Positions 21,245-31,553 of a stretch of DNA of 64,000 nucleotides are shown here, one piece after another. The notes under the pieces are model-generated. The model did no database searches and had not been told where the DNA came from. It saw nothing but the letters and a program-made list of their open reading frames with translations. Position 1 is the first letter of the stretch. Each line of letters starts with the position of its first letter. Origin of the DNA: a virus (Duplodnaviria > Heunggongvirae > Uroviricota > Caudoviricetes > Straboviridae). The stretch covers positions 163,399 through 227,398 of the IMG/VR virus record IMGVR_UViG_638277085_000001; one strand, written 5' to 3'. The position numbers and the translations under genes were made by a program.

Positions 21245-23214
21245 TAGTTCACGTTACCTCTTGTAGACGGAATCTTAGCTTCACCGCTTGTAGTCAATGG
21301 ACGAGTGAAGTTGGTTGTATTTTGCACTGAGCTTACAGCGTTGTTGACGAAGTTCGTCCCAACTTCTTTTGTTTGCTGTGCTGCTCTGTATGCTGCTTCA
21401 CGCGCTGCTACAGCTTCTAAGATTACTGAACGCTTAATCTCTTGGAATGGCTTAATCAACCCTTCTTCAATCATACGTTGTCTCTCAGCAGCAACGATAG
21501 CGTCTTCTTGCATTTGCTTCTTCTCAACTTCAGCCGCTAGGAACTTGTCTAGGGATTCAGTTGAACTTGCTAATGACTCGACAGGTCGTTTGATTGCATC
21601 GGCAGCGTTCTTAGCACCGTCTATAACCGCTTGTGCTGTATTCTTAGCACCGTCTACGATCATATCCCCTGCTTTCCCTAGATAGTCAGTTTGATAGCGT
21701 GCATTGAGTCTGTCCTTGACTTCAGCCTTGCTTGCGTCAATACGCGCTCGGTTGCCTTCGATGTCTGCGCCAGCAATGAACTTCTCCATGCCTTCTGACT
21801 TCAGAAAATCAGGTAGTGCATTTAATGCATTCACGACGAACTCTTTAACGTTTAACATTAGGTCATCTATTGCTAACATAAGAAGTCTGAATGAGTCAGG
21901 AATTGATAGCCAACTTGCAATGATCTTATTAACCGCATTGACATACATTTGAAACGCACTTCTAACGAAAGAAGTTACTTTCTCGAAGCCAGATACGATT
22001 CCCTCAACTGCGCCTTCTGGTACAGCGTCTTTGATGTTTTCACCAACGATTCCAAACCATTCACCAATCCCTCGAACCATATCCGTGAACCAGTTCGAGA
22101 TTATACTGAATAGCATTGCTCGTTTTTCGGGGTCGCTAAAAATGTTCTTCAGTGCGGCGAAGATTCTGTCTAGCTCTTCTTCGAAGATTTTGTAAATACC
22201 ATAACCTGCAACCATTGCAACTAGAGCCGCTGGGTTTAGCATTATCGCAACCATTCTACCTAGACCTAAGAATAATTGACGAACAACAGTCCACATCCAC
22301 CCTTTTATAGTGCCGCTCATATCAGTAGCAAGAGCTTGAACTATATTACCTGTTCCTTTACTAAACTTACCGAACCCTAGAAGAATGTTAGATGCGATTT
22401 TACCGAGCGTTCCGAATTTCGTTGCAGTCGAAGCAGCCATTGCCATTGATGTACTGAATGTTACCAATTGACCGCCTAACATTACTAACCCAACACCGAC
22501 AAGTCTGAATAATTTAGCAATCCAGCCTAGTTTTTCACCAGCAAGGTGATTCGCGATACGTCGCAGATCACTAGCTTGATTGCGCTGAACTTTCATATTC
22601 TCTTTGTAGCGTAGTTGTTCAGTCTTACGATTGCGAGTTTCGGTAACGACTTGATACGCGAAAATTTTCTTGTACAATGCGCTTATAAAGCCCACAGTCA
22701 ACGGAGCGTTGTTACCCGCACCGTTCTGTAGAAAACTGTTTAAATCGTCGGCAGCCGTCTTCTGAAGCCCTATAACGCGCTTCATGTCGTTGACTCTAAA
22801 GATCAGACGTTCAAACCAACGATTAAAGCCCTCCTGCATACGTGCGAACTGCATTTTTGCAGTTAAGCGCATTTCTTGAATGCCACGATCAATACGAGAC
22901 AAATGTCCTTTAAAGTCAAGAGTAGTCTTGATAATATCCGTTAGTGATATAATCGAAGCACGAACTTTATTGGAAGTTTGCTCAAAGTTTTCGATAACGC
23001 GCTGAAACAGATTCTTTTGCTGCGCCACCGCCTTTTCGTTTGTTTTAAACACCGACTGCATAGTTTCGAGCATAGACGTGGTCGTAATATCAATGTTGTT
23101 GATATGACGAGCGACACGCTGCATCGTATAAACTTCAGGTCGGTCTTCTTGTTGGAGAATGATATGATCTAATCTTCCGATTATCTCATTCATTTTCTTG
23201 TCGTCAGCCGCCAT
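21244..23214 (-). CDS. 29: Tail length tape measure / baseplate hub protein gp29-like
   Basis: 656 aa. Long helical/coiled-coil N-terminal half plus a hydrophobic central segment (GVGLVMLGGQLV...AIMLNPAALVAMVAGYG). Position with the gp3 and tube-initiator genes. Confidence 0.4.
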   Translation of the reverse strand: MAADDKKMNEIIGRLDHIILQQEDRPEVYTMQRVARHINNIDITTTSMLETMQSVFKTNEKAVAQQKNLFQRVIENFEQTSNKVRASIISLTDIIKTTLDFKGHLSRIDRGIQEMRLTAKMQFARMQEGFNRWFERLIFRVNDMKRVIGLQKTAADDLNSFLQNGAGNNAPLTVGFISALYKKIFAYQVVTETRNRKTEQLRYKENMKVQRNQASDLRRIANHLAGEKLGWIAKLFRLVGVGLVMLGGQLVTFSTSMAMAASTATKFGTLGKIASNILLGFGKFSKGTGNIVQALATDMSGTIKGWMWTVVRQLFLGLGRMVAIMLNPAALVAMVAGYGIYKIFEEELDRIFAALKNIFSDPEKRAMLFSIISNWFTDMVRGIGEWFGIVGENIKDAVPEGAVEGIVSGFEKVTSFVRSAFQMYVNAVNKIIASWLSIPDSFRLLMLAIDDLMLNVKEFVVNALNALPDFLKSEGMEKFIAGADIEGNRARIDASKAEVKDRLNARYQTDYLGKAGDMIVDGAKNTAQAVIDGAKNAADAIKRPVESLASSTESLDKFLAAEVEKKQMQEDAIVAAERQRMIEEGLIKPFQEIKRSVILEAVAAREAAYRAAQQTKEVGTNFVNNAVSSVQNTTNFTRPLTTSGEAKIPSTRGNVN

Positions 23215-23380
23215 TATTGTTGTTCCTTATTCTTTTCTTGAATGTAATGTATAAGCTGTGCGGCATAGATTTCACGCTCGAATAGAACCATCGTTTCTAA
23301 GTCGTGAAGAGAAAAATTGCCATGAGTGATCATGGCAAAGTTTTCCTTGTAATACTCTTCAAGTGAGTATCTACCGAGCA

Positions 23381-24229
23381 TTATACGAAAAAATCTTCGA
23401 TGCCTCTTAGCGTAACTTTCTCGTGATTACCACACTTAGGACATTTCACGTCAACGTATGTCGTGATGCGTGGAACTGAATCGACGAATGTCTGAACTTT
23501 TTTGAATGCTGCCGTATCAAGTTCGCCCATGATGTTCACAAGCTGCCCTTGCTCTTCAAGTTCTTCTTTGGTGTAAACAGTATCACCAACATGAACTTCT
23601 TTAATTGATTCAACCGCAATATTGAACAGACCTTGTGGTGTATTCGGGTCGTTGTTCTCATACACTCGAATTGTCGGGTGTTGGAGTTTGATAACAACTT
23701 TTGGGTTGACTCGAACTGTATCTTCACCTGTAAATTCAGGCACGAAAGCAGCTTTCAAGTCGATGTTGGTTCTGATACGCTCACCGCATAAGTGCTTCTC
23801 AGGTGCAAACACTGCTTCAATCGCTTCTTCGTTTGATTGATTCATAATCTCGGCAAAAATATCATCAGCAGATTTAGCCAGTTCAGCCTCTTCTTCTTCA
23901 GAAAGCTTTTGAAGTTCTTCTTCGGACTTCGGAGCACAGCAGTTGTATTCTGCTTGAATGTTAGTCACACCGTTACTGTTCATATACATATGCAGAAACA
24001 GATACTCAGAGTCACCAACCGTCAGGTCATCCATTTTGATGTCAGATACAATGCAGTTTTCAAGACACTGTTCGATTGCGTCAATCTTCTCATCAGATTC
24101 ATTTGCGATAAGCAATGCTTTATGCTCTTTTGCAAGCATTGCACGCAGTTTAATTTCTTCACCAGTTGATGGTAGTTTTACAGTATATTGTGGCGCAGCA
24201 AGTACGCTAATATCAAATGCTTTAGTCAT
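23381..24229 (-). CDS. Baseplate / tail-associated protein with a C-terminal CxxC...CxxC zinc ribbon (possibly gp48-like)
   Basis: 282 aa. CPKCG near the C-terminus. Assigned by synteny only. Confidence 0.25.
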   Translation of the reverse strand: MTKAFDISVLAAPQYTVKLPSTGEEIKLRAMLAKEHKALLIANESDEKIDAIEQCLENCIVSDIKMDDLTVGDSEYLFLHMYMNSNGVTNIQAEYNCCAPKSEEELQKLSEEEEAELAKSADDIFAEIMNQSNEEAIEAVFAPEKHLCGERIRTNIDLKAAFVPEFTGEDTVRVNPKVVIKLQHPTIRVYENNDPNTPQGLFNIAVESIKEVHVGDTVYTKEELEEQGQLVNIMGELDTAAFKKVQTFVDSVPRITTYVDVKCPKCGNHEKVTLRGIEDFFV

Positions 24230-24240
24230 GATGTTTTACC

Positions 24241-24987
24241 TTAGAATAGACCTGAAATGGCTTCAGCGCCTGTATTGAAAAAGCTGTTATATGTTTTCTC
24301 GAAGTTTTGAGTAATACCCAGTTTATCCGAGATTGTGCTTGATAGATCTTCAGTCATGTATGTTGCGCTTTCGTAAACAAACTCGACTTCGAATTCAGCC
24401 ACTGCGTTGTTATTCTCGTATCCTAACTGAACCCCACCTACTCGAATTGGATACGCATTCTTCAAGCTAGTCATCGTAACCATTTCTGCGTTACGATTGT
24501 ATGTGTAAATCTCAATTGTTCGAGCATAGTTCGAGAAGAAACCGACTTGAGCAGAATCATTCGAATAAATCTGCTTAAACCAACCAAGTAACATTTTACG
24601 TTCTGGGTGTGTTGGTGACAGATACAATGACATGGTCACTGTTTCGTCGGTTTTCGCTTTTACTACGTGATGTGGCTTACGTCGAGTTTTATCTACGTCA
24701 GTTTCGTATGACGACCCTGGGATATTAACTGATTTCACCATCATTCCGATGTTTCGTTCGAACTCAAACCCTGAGCCGAAAAGAGAAGCAGTTGACGCAA
24801 GGGCATCTTGTACCCCTACGCCTTTGATGTCTGAAAAGTCAGCATTCAAAAATGACTCGCCTGTATTCATCAACTGCTTTGCTGTATCTTGTAGCGATGC
24901 AAATCGCACCGCATACAAGTTTTGTCTGGCTAAGTCGTTCTTTGTAATTTGAGATAAGAACTTCTTAACATCTATTCCGATTGCCAT
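24241..24987 (-). CDS. Tail tube-like baseplate protein (gp54 tube initiator / gp19 family)
   Basis: 248 aa. The N-terminal motif DLARQNLYAVRF parallels the gp19 motif DFARPNLFEVEI seen at 56760..57260. Confidence 0.4.
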   Translation of the reverse strand: MAIGIDVKKFLSQITKNDLARQNLYAVRFASLQDTAKQLMNTGESFLNADFSDIKGVGVQDALASTASLFGSGFEFERNIGMMVKSVNIPGSSYETDVDKTRRKPHHVVKAKTDETVTMSLYLSPTHPERKMLLGWFKQIYSNDSAQVGFFSNYARTIEIYTYNRNAEMVTMTSLKNAYPIRVGGVQLGYENNNAVAEFEVEFVYESATYMTEDLSSTISDKLGITQNFEKTYNSFFNTGAEAISGLF

Positions 24988-24990
24988 TCG

Positions 24991-25587
24991 TTATCTCCTT
25001 CTATAACGATCATCGTAAGCACGAACAGCAGAAATGTTGCGACCATTTTTAGCAACGAATTGTTGCAATGGCATGTGAATAACGTTGTACCAGTCATGTG
25101 GCTTGACTTCTTCAAGCGACCCTTTAATTCGCTTGAGAATGTATAATTTCACCATATGTTTACTGAACTTGATGTTTTTCACTCGACCCCAATCGATCAT
25201 TAATCGTGTGGAGTTGCTCACTGTTTTCGTGTTAGCATATCTAAGTAATGTGGTTAAAAATTTCTCGCGATCTTTGGGTGGGATGTAATGCAAGTTCAAG
25301 CCTAGCATATAGCCTTTTTGTTGCCCCAAGCAGATGATGCACGGAAATTTATCCCAGTATGGTAACTGGTGTTTAGTTTTTGCGTCGTACGCGAAAACAT
25401 ACATGTTGCCTTTGTGAGGAACTTGCACTTTTCGACTACGAATTGCATCATGAACGCGCTTTTTGAACCACGCCAGTGATTTGCGCTGATTCTTTGCAAT
25501 TGGAGTACGACCAAGCTCGTGTGTTTGAGCTTTGAAGCTGTCAAGAAGACTCTCTTTTTTCTTCTTTGCTCTTTCTGGTCTAGCCAT
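24991..25587 (-). CDS. Putative head completion / DNA-end protector protein (gp2/gp4-like by position)
   Basis: 198-aa basic protein. Divergent to the gp53 operon, as gp4/gp2 are in T4. Confidence 0.3.
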   Translation of the reverse strand: MARPERAKKKKESLLDSFKAQTHELGRTPIAKNQRKSLAWFKKRVHDAIRSRKVQVPHKGNMYVFAYDAKTKHQLPYWDKFPCIICLGQQKGYMLGLNLHYIPPKDREKFLTTLLRYANTKTVSNSTRLMIDWGRVKNIKFSKHMVKLYILKRIKGSLEEVKPHDWYNVIHMPLQQFVAKNGRNISAVRAYDDRYRRR

Positions 25588-26042
25588 TACACTCTCAGTC
25601 CTATTAGTTTACGAAGTCCGACTTCAGTCAAGACTTTGAATTGCCATCCCTTCTGCTTTGCGAATTTAATCGCAGCAGCCCACTTATCTTGGTTTACTTG
25701 ATACGTATATATCTCTTTCAGTAAACGCTTCTTAGCTTTTTCAGTAAGTCTCTGTGGTTTCTCGGGTGGCAACGTTTCTTTGTTGGGTTTGATCTCGAAT
25801 ATGAATTCTCGACCGTCACTGAACTTCACGTAAAAGTCCATGAAATATCTACGTTTTTTCCCACCGTCAGCAGAACTAACATAAGGGATAACGATTTCTT
25901 CAGAGTTCCAGCGAACTACATGCGGGTTGTTGTCACACCAGCGCATGAAAGACAATTCCCATGAGCTTCTGTACTCAATTTTCTGATAGTTGCCTTTGTA
26001 TTTCGATTTGTTTGTTGGAACGTATTTGCCAGAATATGCCAT
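25587..26042 (-). CDS. Putative head completion protein (gp4-like; 151 aa versus T4 gp4 at 150 aa)
   Basis: Size and position divergent from the gp53 operon. Confidence 0.3.
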   Translation of the reverse strand: MAYSGKYVPTNKSKYKGNYQKIEYRSSWELSFMRWCDNNPHVVRWNSEEIVIPYVSSADGGKKRRYFMDFYVKFSDGREFIFEIKPNKETLPPEKPQRLTEKAKKRLLKEIYTYQVNQDKWAAAIKFAKQKGWQFKVLTEVGLRKLIGLRV

Positions 26043-26108
26043 AAAACGCCTCCTTTCATTTATTTAGTATCGAGTCTAAATACAGATATATTTTAAAGGA
26101 GATCTAAC

Positions 26109-27248
26109 ATGGGATTTTTAAGTTACGTCGGTCTTAACGGAAAACAAAGTGATACTCTTGATCGTGTACTGTCTTTTGATGGGGGCGTTGAAAGTAGCAC
26201 AACTGAGATTACCCAAGACACAGATCAGGGCAGAGTTAGCACGTCTAATATAGTTGCACTGACATATCCGCCCAATCTTGGCGCGAGATCTGGACACTCG
26301 AACTTTTTTATTTTTCGAGCGTATGACTTGGCTAGCACAACAAAGCAACATTACACTGACATGCGGCAGTCATTCACAGCATCATCGAAAGAATCTAAGC
26401 AGGCGTCTGAAATTCCTAGTGAGTTGATGGCAACTATGGCTCTTTACGCGCCAAACTTAGTTGAAGAAGTTTCGCATGAATATGACAAAACACCGACTTC
26501 AGTTTTAAATGACTTCTTAGCCGCAGCCGCTACAGCAGCCGGTGCAGATACTGTTTCTCAGGGTGTAGAAGCGGGTAAGAAAGCCGTAGCAACCGCAGCC
26601 GGTGCTACGTTAGCACAGATCAAGCGTTCATTCATTCAATCAAATGCTGCCGGTCAGCTTGAGAAGAACAGCAGCGTAGTTACGGATAACGTTACTGTAA
26701 CTGCATACAAAGGGACCGCTCAACGTCAGCAAACATTGATGTATCAATTTCACCCGAAATCACTAGATGAACTGAAGATCGTCGGTGAGGTCATTAAAAC
26801 ATTCTATCGACTTTCTCTACCAGTGAAAGGTCAGATTAGTTCTGATTTGCTAGATACTGGTAATGCTGCATTAGGTTCAGGGTTTTCAAATGGCTTTGCG
26901 AAGTATGCAACGCTATTGAAAACGCCGCCAGTGTGGATGATTGAAGAAGTTTCAGATGTTGACGCGACACGATACACCCCGCGATTCGTTTTCGGACCTG
27001 CGGGTATCACGTCAGTGAAATTAAACAGAACACCAGATCAGTATTGGCGCACATTTCGCGGTACAGCAGGCGACCCAGCAGGTATTGAACTTGAAGTAAC
27101 GTTCACTGAGCTTATCCCTATGGATCGTGCAATGTACGAGCGAGATCAAGCAAGTAGCATTCGTGGTTACGACAATGGTACCACTACTGCAAGTGGTAAC
27201 CGTAATGATTCTGGTTCATTCTTTGGTGATATTGGGAGTTTATTCTAA
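26109..27248 (+). CDS. Putative baseplate structural protein
   Basis: 379 aa. First gene of the plus-strand baseplate operon, immediately upstream of the gp53 homologue. Confidence 0.3.
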   Translation: MGFLSYVGLNGKQSDTLDRVLSFDGGVESSTTEITQDTDQGRVSTSNIVALTYPPNLGARSGHSNFFIFRAYDLASTTKQHYTDMRQSFTASSKESKQASEIPSELMATMALYAPNLVEEVSHEYDKTPTSVLNDFLAAAATAAGADTVSQGVEAGKKAVATAAGATLAQIKRSFIQSNAAGQLEKNSSVVTDNVTVTAYKGTAQRQQTLMYQFHPKSLDELKIVGEVIKTFYRLSLPVKGQISSDLLDTGNAALGSGFSNGFAKYATLLKTPPVWMIEEVSDVDATRYTPRFVFGPAGITSVKLNRTPDQYWRTFRGTAGDPAGIELEVTFTELIPMDRAMYERDQASSIRGYDNGTTTASGNRNDSGSFFGDIGSLF

Positions 27249-27826
27249 TGATTTTCGCGATATTTGACAAGACTGAATATCTTGGTGTTGAAACTGCGAA
27301 TATTTTCAAGAATTTGAATTATTATCATAAGCAGATCATCCCATCATTCACGACTATTCAGTACAAAATCAGGGGCGACTATCGCCCTGAACAGATTGCA
27401 TATGAACTGTATGGCGATACGTCGTTATACTGGTTGATTATGCTTCTAAACGAACGAGTTGACCCTTTTTATGATTGGGTTCAGCCCAACGAATCGGTTT
27501 CTGAGAACGCTATTTATCGTTATCAGTTTATTGGCGGCAACGAGCAAGTTCATCATCACGTAGATGAGCAAGGTCGATGGTGGTATGACGTGGTCGAAGA
27601 CCCAGAAAATCCTCGAAATTGGTACAATAAATTCGATTGGGAAAACAACGCGCCTGAAGAAGGGCAGGAAGATTATCGTGAGCTTCTATATCACGGCGTG
27701 ATGATCCCTGTTTCCGTTGACGAATATGAATTCAACCGAAACGAAGAAAATCGCGTAATCAATGTACTATCGAGGGATGATGTTAGTACTTACATTAGCA
27801 CATTCATGAAATTAGCAGGGGTATAA
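27248..27826 (+). CDS. 53: Baseplate wedge protein gp53
   Basis: 192 aa (T4 is 196 aa). The segments AIFDKTEY, YKIRGDYRPEQIAYELYGDTSLYWLIMLLNERVDPFYDW and VHHHVDEQGRWWYDV align with the T4 gp53 motifs TFFDPIEY, YYIKGSPRPEELANAIYGNPQLYWVLLMCNDNYDPYYGW and VYHVNENGEKFYNL. Confidence 0.8.
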   Translation: MIFAIFDKTEYLGVETANIFKNLNYYHKQIIPSFTTIQYKIRGDYRPEQIAYELYGDTSLYWLIMLLNERVDPFYDWVQPNESVSENAIYRYQFIGGNEQVHHHVDEQGRWWYDVVEDPENPRNWYNKFDWENNAPEEGQEDYRELLYHGVMIPVSVDEYEFNRNEENRVINVLSRDDVSTYISTFMKLAGV

Positions 27827-27827
27827 C

Positions 27828-29099
27828 ATGTTTGAAATGCGCTCCGCTAACCCAATTGAGAACTTTGTGGTTAGCAAGATTCACATACGCGGTCTTGATT
27901 TTGCAGCGTCGGTGGAGAATGAAATCACACACATGGAAATTTATGAATCGCTTAACGGGTTGGTTTCTGGCATGTTCATGTTCAAGGATTCGATTGGCGT
28001 CGTTGACACAATTCGAATGACTGGGTTTGAAGCAATTGACGTTGAATTTGCGTCGTATGTCGGGGAGCAAGCAAACCGAGTCTATCAAAAATCATTTCGT
28101 GCAACGGGTATTTCTAGAATGCCCGCACGTACTGGTGGGTTTGAGACTGTATTGGTGCGTTTCACAAATAACTTACTGACTCTTAACGATTACGTTAAAC
28201 GACCTTATGTATTCAAGAAGACTAGTATTTCGAATATCATAAAAGCGATTTTGGATAATCTGGGCGATGAGAAGCCAGAATATGAAATTGAAACGTCTTT
28301 ATATCAACGTGATTTTGTGACGAAGATTGGTAAACCGTACGACATTATTAAAAGTATCGTCGATCATGCTAGTACAGACGTGAATAACAGTTGTAAATTC
28401 ATGTTCTATGAAGACCGCGACTCAGTTAAATTCGCATCACTTGGGTCAATTCGTGACAAAGAATATGAATACATCATCCGTAAGGGTGCTGATACGGGCG
28501 ATGGTAAATGGACTTCTGGCAACACGAATACAATTACAGCATTGCGGGTTGTGGTGAAGGAACAATCTAATATGCACGAGATTTCTAGTGGTTTATTCGG
28601 ATCTAGAACATATTCGCATAGTTTAATTCGGAAGAAATTGACTACAAAAGATGTTCGTAGAAATGATTATATTGCTCAAGTTGGAATTTTGAATGACCGC
28701 GCTCATATGTACACTAATGAACTTGAGTTTGCAAGCGAAGTTCCTGAAACTGAGCAGCCATTAAACAGCATTCAGCTACTCCCGAACGATGGTTTTTACG
28801 AACATGACAACAAACACCCACTGGGGTCTATTCACGGCGTATCTCTTATGGAGGAGACGTATTTGAAAGCTAAACAGATCATCGTTGAAATACCCGGGAA
28901 CACTAACATCACGGTTGGTGACGTTGTATTTCTTGATTATCACGCGGTGACTGGTGAGAATCATTCTAGTTTAGACGCATCGGGTCGTTGGATTGTTCAT
29001 GAGTTGAAGCACCGTGTTGAACCCAACTCATTTATAACTACTCTTGAATTGTCTAGTGATTCATCGGTTAATATCGCAATTGCGGGGAGCAAGAAATAA
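27828..29099 (+). CDS. Baseplate protein (possibly hub subunit gp27-like; assigned by position next to gp5)
   Basis: 423 aa between gp53 and gp5. Confidence 0.3.
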   Translation: MFEMRSANPIENFVVSKIHIRGLDFAASVENEITHMEIYESLNGLVSGMFMFKDSIGVVDTIRMTGFEAIDVEFASYVGEQANRVYQKSFRATGISRMPARTGGFETVLVRFTNNLLTLNDYVKRPYVFKKTSISNIIKAILDNLGDEKPEYEIETSLYQRDFVTKIGKPYDIIKSIVDHASTDVNNSCKFMFYEDRDSVKFASLGSIRDKEYEYIIRKGADTGDGKWTSGNTNTITALRVVVKEQSNMHEISSGLFGSRTYSHSLIRKKLTTKDVRRNDYIAQVGILNDRAHMYTNELEFASEVPETEQPLNSIQLLPNDGFYEHDNKHPLGSIHGVSLMEETYLKAKQIIVEIPGNTNITVGDVVFLDYHAVTGENHSSLDASGRWIVHELKHRVEPNSFITTLELSSDSSVNIAIAGSKK

Positions 29100-30364
29100 T
29101 GTTTATGGGATTAGATGGGTTTGAGTGGTGGACTGGCGTTGTCGAAGATCGAACAACCGACCCACTCAAACTTGGTAGAATTAAAGTTCGAATGATTGGT
29201 CTGCACCCAGATAAGAAAAGTTCAGAACAAGGTATTCGAACTGAAGAACTGCTTTGGGTTCATCCCATGCAGTCTCTTGATAATGCAGCAATGAACGGAA
29301 TCGGGAATGCTCCTATAGGCGTCGTTGAGGGAACGTGGGTTTTTGGTTTCTTCAGAGACAAGTTGCGTCAAGATGCAGTCGCCATGGGTGTATTGCCCGG
29401 GATTCCCGAAGATTTGCCGAACGGTAGCGTTGGGTTTAATGACCCGAATGAGAAATATCCGTTAGCAGATAAGCTTAATGAGCCAGATACAAACCGTCTA
29501 GCTCGTAATGACGTTGATCCTGACGTATATGACGAAAGTCAATCTCAGACTGCGTTTGATAACGGTGAAGCGCCTTATGTATATCGACCGCACCCGATCA
29601 TTGCAAGTAAAAGAGCGGCTGAAGAGAAAGAAATCCCACTTGCTGGTTACAATGCAGAGGGTCCGAAGTACGATGAGAAAGGCACGCCGTATGCAGCACA
29701 GTATCCGTACAATCATGTTCGTGAATCAGAATCAGGACACATTCATGAGATTGATGACACAGAGGGAGCAGAGCGTCTTCATACGTATCACAGAACTGGA
29801 ACGTTTGAAGAAATTCACCCAGATGGTAGTCGAGTGACAAAGATTATAGGCGATGATTTTGAGATTGTACATAAGAATCAAAATGTGTACATCAAAGGCA
29901 ACTTGAATATCACCGTTGTTGGCGACGCGACTTTTTACTGTCAGCAAAACGTTACTCAACAGATTGACGGGGACTTGAAACAGCACGTCAAGGGTAATGT
30001 TGATCAGCACGTCGAAATGAACGTGACTCAAACAGTTGACAAAGACGTTACGCAAGTCGTTCATCAGAACGTTACACAAACCGTCGATATGAATGTCACT
30101 CAGACAGTGCATCAGAACGTTACACAGACGGTTGACGGGGATGTTAATCAAACTGTGGGCGGTAACGTTCAAAGTAACGTCACGGGCGATTACACGCAGA
30201 ATATCAGCGGTAATTACACAATCACAGTGGGCGGTTCTATGTCTGAAAGTGTTAGTTCATCGTATACTCGTTCAGCAGCATCAATAAGTGATGATGGTGG
30301 TGGCGCAACTTTGAATTTAGCAGGTTCAGCAGCATTGGACGGCACAACAGTAAGTCTAGGTTAA
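29099..30364 (+). CDS. 5: Baseplate hub/spike protein gp5 (N-terminal OB-fold domain + C-terminal triple beta-helix repeats; no lysozyme domain)
   Basis: 421 aa. N-terminus MFMGLDGFEWWTGVVEDRTTDPLKLGRIKVR. C-terminal octad-like repeats (NVTQTVD / HQNVTQTV repeated more than 8 times). Confidence 0.7.
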   Translation: MFMGLDGFEWWTGVVEDRTTDPLKLGRIKVRMIGLHPDKKSSEQGIRTEELLWVHPMQSLDNAAMNGIGNAPIGVVEGTWVFGFFRDKLRQDAVAMGVLPGIPEDLPNGSVGFNDPNEKYPLADKLNEPDTNRLARNDVDPDVYDESQSQTAFDNGEAPYVYRPHPIIASKRAAEEKEIPLAGYNAEGPKYDEKGTPYAAQYPYNHVRESESGHIHEIDDTEGAERLHTYHRTGTFEEIHPDGSRVTKIIGDDFEIVHKNQNVYIKGNLNITVVGDATFYCQQNVTQQIDGDLKQHVKGNVDQHVEMNVTQTVDKDVTQVVHQNVTQTVDMNVTQTVHQNVTQTVDGDVNQTVGGNVQSNVTGDYTQNISGNYTITVGGSMSESVSSSYTRSAASISDDGGGATLNLAGSAALDGTTVSLG

Positions 30365-30368
30365 TTGA

Positions 30369-30854
30369 ATGGCTAGTATTACACCAACAACATTGCCAAT
30401 CATTGCAGAGGGTGAGAACGTCGATGTGACGTTCTTCGCTGTTATGGATGAAGGCGAAACATTGGTTGACATAAACATCACGAATTTTATACCAAATACG
30501 GGCATCACGATTGAGGGTGCTCGTTATTACGGTCAGTATCAGGATTCGTTTGATTTGGGACCAAGTGGCTTGAAGTATCGCGACACGCGAGACAATAGCT
30601 ATCATGAAGTGAGTAAATTCAGTGATTTGCCAGCGAATCCGGCTCATGGTCACGTGTATCGCTTCGAAGCGCCTAGTCCGCTGTCAACTGATTACACATA
30701 CGAAGTCACAGTCAATTACGAGTATGAAGATCCACTTGTGCCTGGTGTTATCGAAGAGCGTCAGCTAATCGAAACGTTCAGTCAGACCGTAAAGGGTAAA
30801 TGGGATAATTGGGCACAGCAACTTAGAGATTATATAGCAGCGGGAGGTAATTAA
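30369..30854 (+). CDS. Hypothetical protein (gp5.1-like by position and size)
   Basis: 161 aa between gp5 and the PAAR gene. Confidence 0.3.
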   Translation: MASITPTTLPIIAEGENVDVTFFAVMDEGETLVDINITNFIPNTGITIEGARYYGQYQDSFDLGPSGLKYRDTRDNSYHEVSKFSDLPANPAHGHVYRFEAPSPLSTDYTYEVTVNYEYEDPLVPGVIEERQLIETFSQTVKGKWDNWAQQLRDYIAAGGN

Positions 30855-31150
30855 TGCCAGCTTTAGCAGGGGCAGACGAACCGACTACTGGTCACGGAAC
30901 ATATCCACCGACAGTAGTAACAGGGGGTAGCGGGAGAGTTACAGTACAAGGCAAACCTGCGTTATCAAAAGATAACATGGTTCATGTTACGCATTGTAAC
31001 ACAGTTCCGAATCATGATTGTCACGCCGGTAGTGCAGCAACGTTTAGTCCGAAAGTGTTTATTGAGGGGAGTAATGCAATCCGTATCGGCGACACATTGA
31101 CGTGCGGCGATACGGTAGCAGGTGGTGCGGGGAAGGTTACTAGTTCGTAG
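30854..31150 (+). CDS. 5.4: PAAR-repeat spike-tip protein (gp5.4-like)
   Basis: 98 aa, Gly/His/Cys-rich with PAAR-like repeats (HCNTVPNHDCHAGS). Immediately downstream of gp5. Confidence 0.7.
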   Translation: MPALAGADEPTTGHGTYPPTVVTGGSGRVTVQGKPALSKDNMVHVTHCNTVPNHDCHAGSAATFSPKVFIEGSNAIRIGDTLTCGDTVAGGAGKVTSS

Positions 31151-31499
31151 CGTTGTGCGATTTGATTCGCTCTTCACTATTCAGAGTCGTAACGTCAACT
31201 TCTTCAGCTTTGAATGAATTATCGACCATTTTTGGTGCTTCGACAGTCGTCATTGGATCGACTTTGTATTTTGCAGTGTCGTTTACGACTTCGGTCGCTG
31301 TAGGGCGTGTGATTGGTGATGTGAACACTTTAAACGCACCAGCAGCAAGTGTCAGAACTAGAGCTACTGCAATGATTTTGCCGTAAGGTAGTTTCAAATC
31401 AAACTTGAAGATCTTTGACAAGATGAACGCAACAAGCAAGATTAGCAGTAATGAAACGAATACGCCAACGACTGGTGCGAGAACTAATAAAAATTCCAT
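31140..31499 (-). CDS. Membrane protein (two predicted TM helices)
   Basis: 119 aa with LLVLAPVVGVFVSLLLILLVAFIL and IIAVALVLTLAAGAF. Confidence 0.4.
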   Translation of the reverse strand: MEFLLVLAPVVGVFVSLLLILLVAFILSKIFKFDLKLPYGKIIAVALVLTLAAGAFKVFTSPITRPTATEVVNDTAKYKVDPMTTVEAPKMVDNSFKAEEVDVTTLNSEERIKSHNATN

Positions 31500-31523
31500 T
31501 GTATTTTCCTATTTCGTGTGAAA

Positions 31524-31551
31524 CAAAGGGGCGACATAGCCGCCCCGTTTT
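31524..31551. terminator. Hairpin terminator (ggggcgacatagccgcccc + T-run), likely bidirectional between convergent genes
   Basis: 8-bp GC stem flanked by A- and T-runs. Confidence 0.55.
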
Positions 31552-31553
31552 GA

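Noticed and set aside
21305-24278. Numerous 60-130-aa ORFs on the plus strand.
   Set aside because: They are antisense to the large minus-strand structural genes (gp29-like, tube-like proteins).
26044-26108. Possible divergent late promoters (CTAAATAC / TAAATAAA) between the gp4-like and the baseplate operon.
   Set aside because: They match only 6/8 of the TATAAATA consensus, which is too weak to call.
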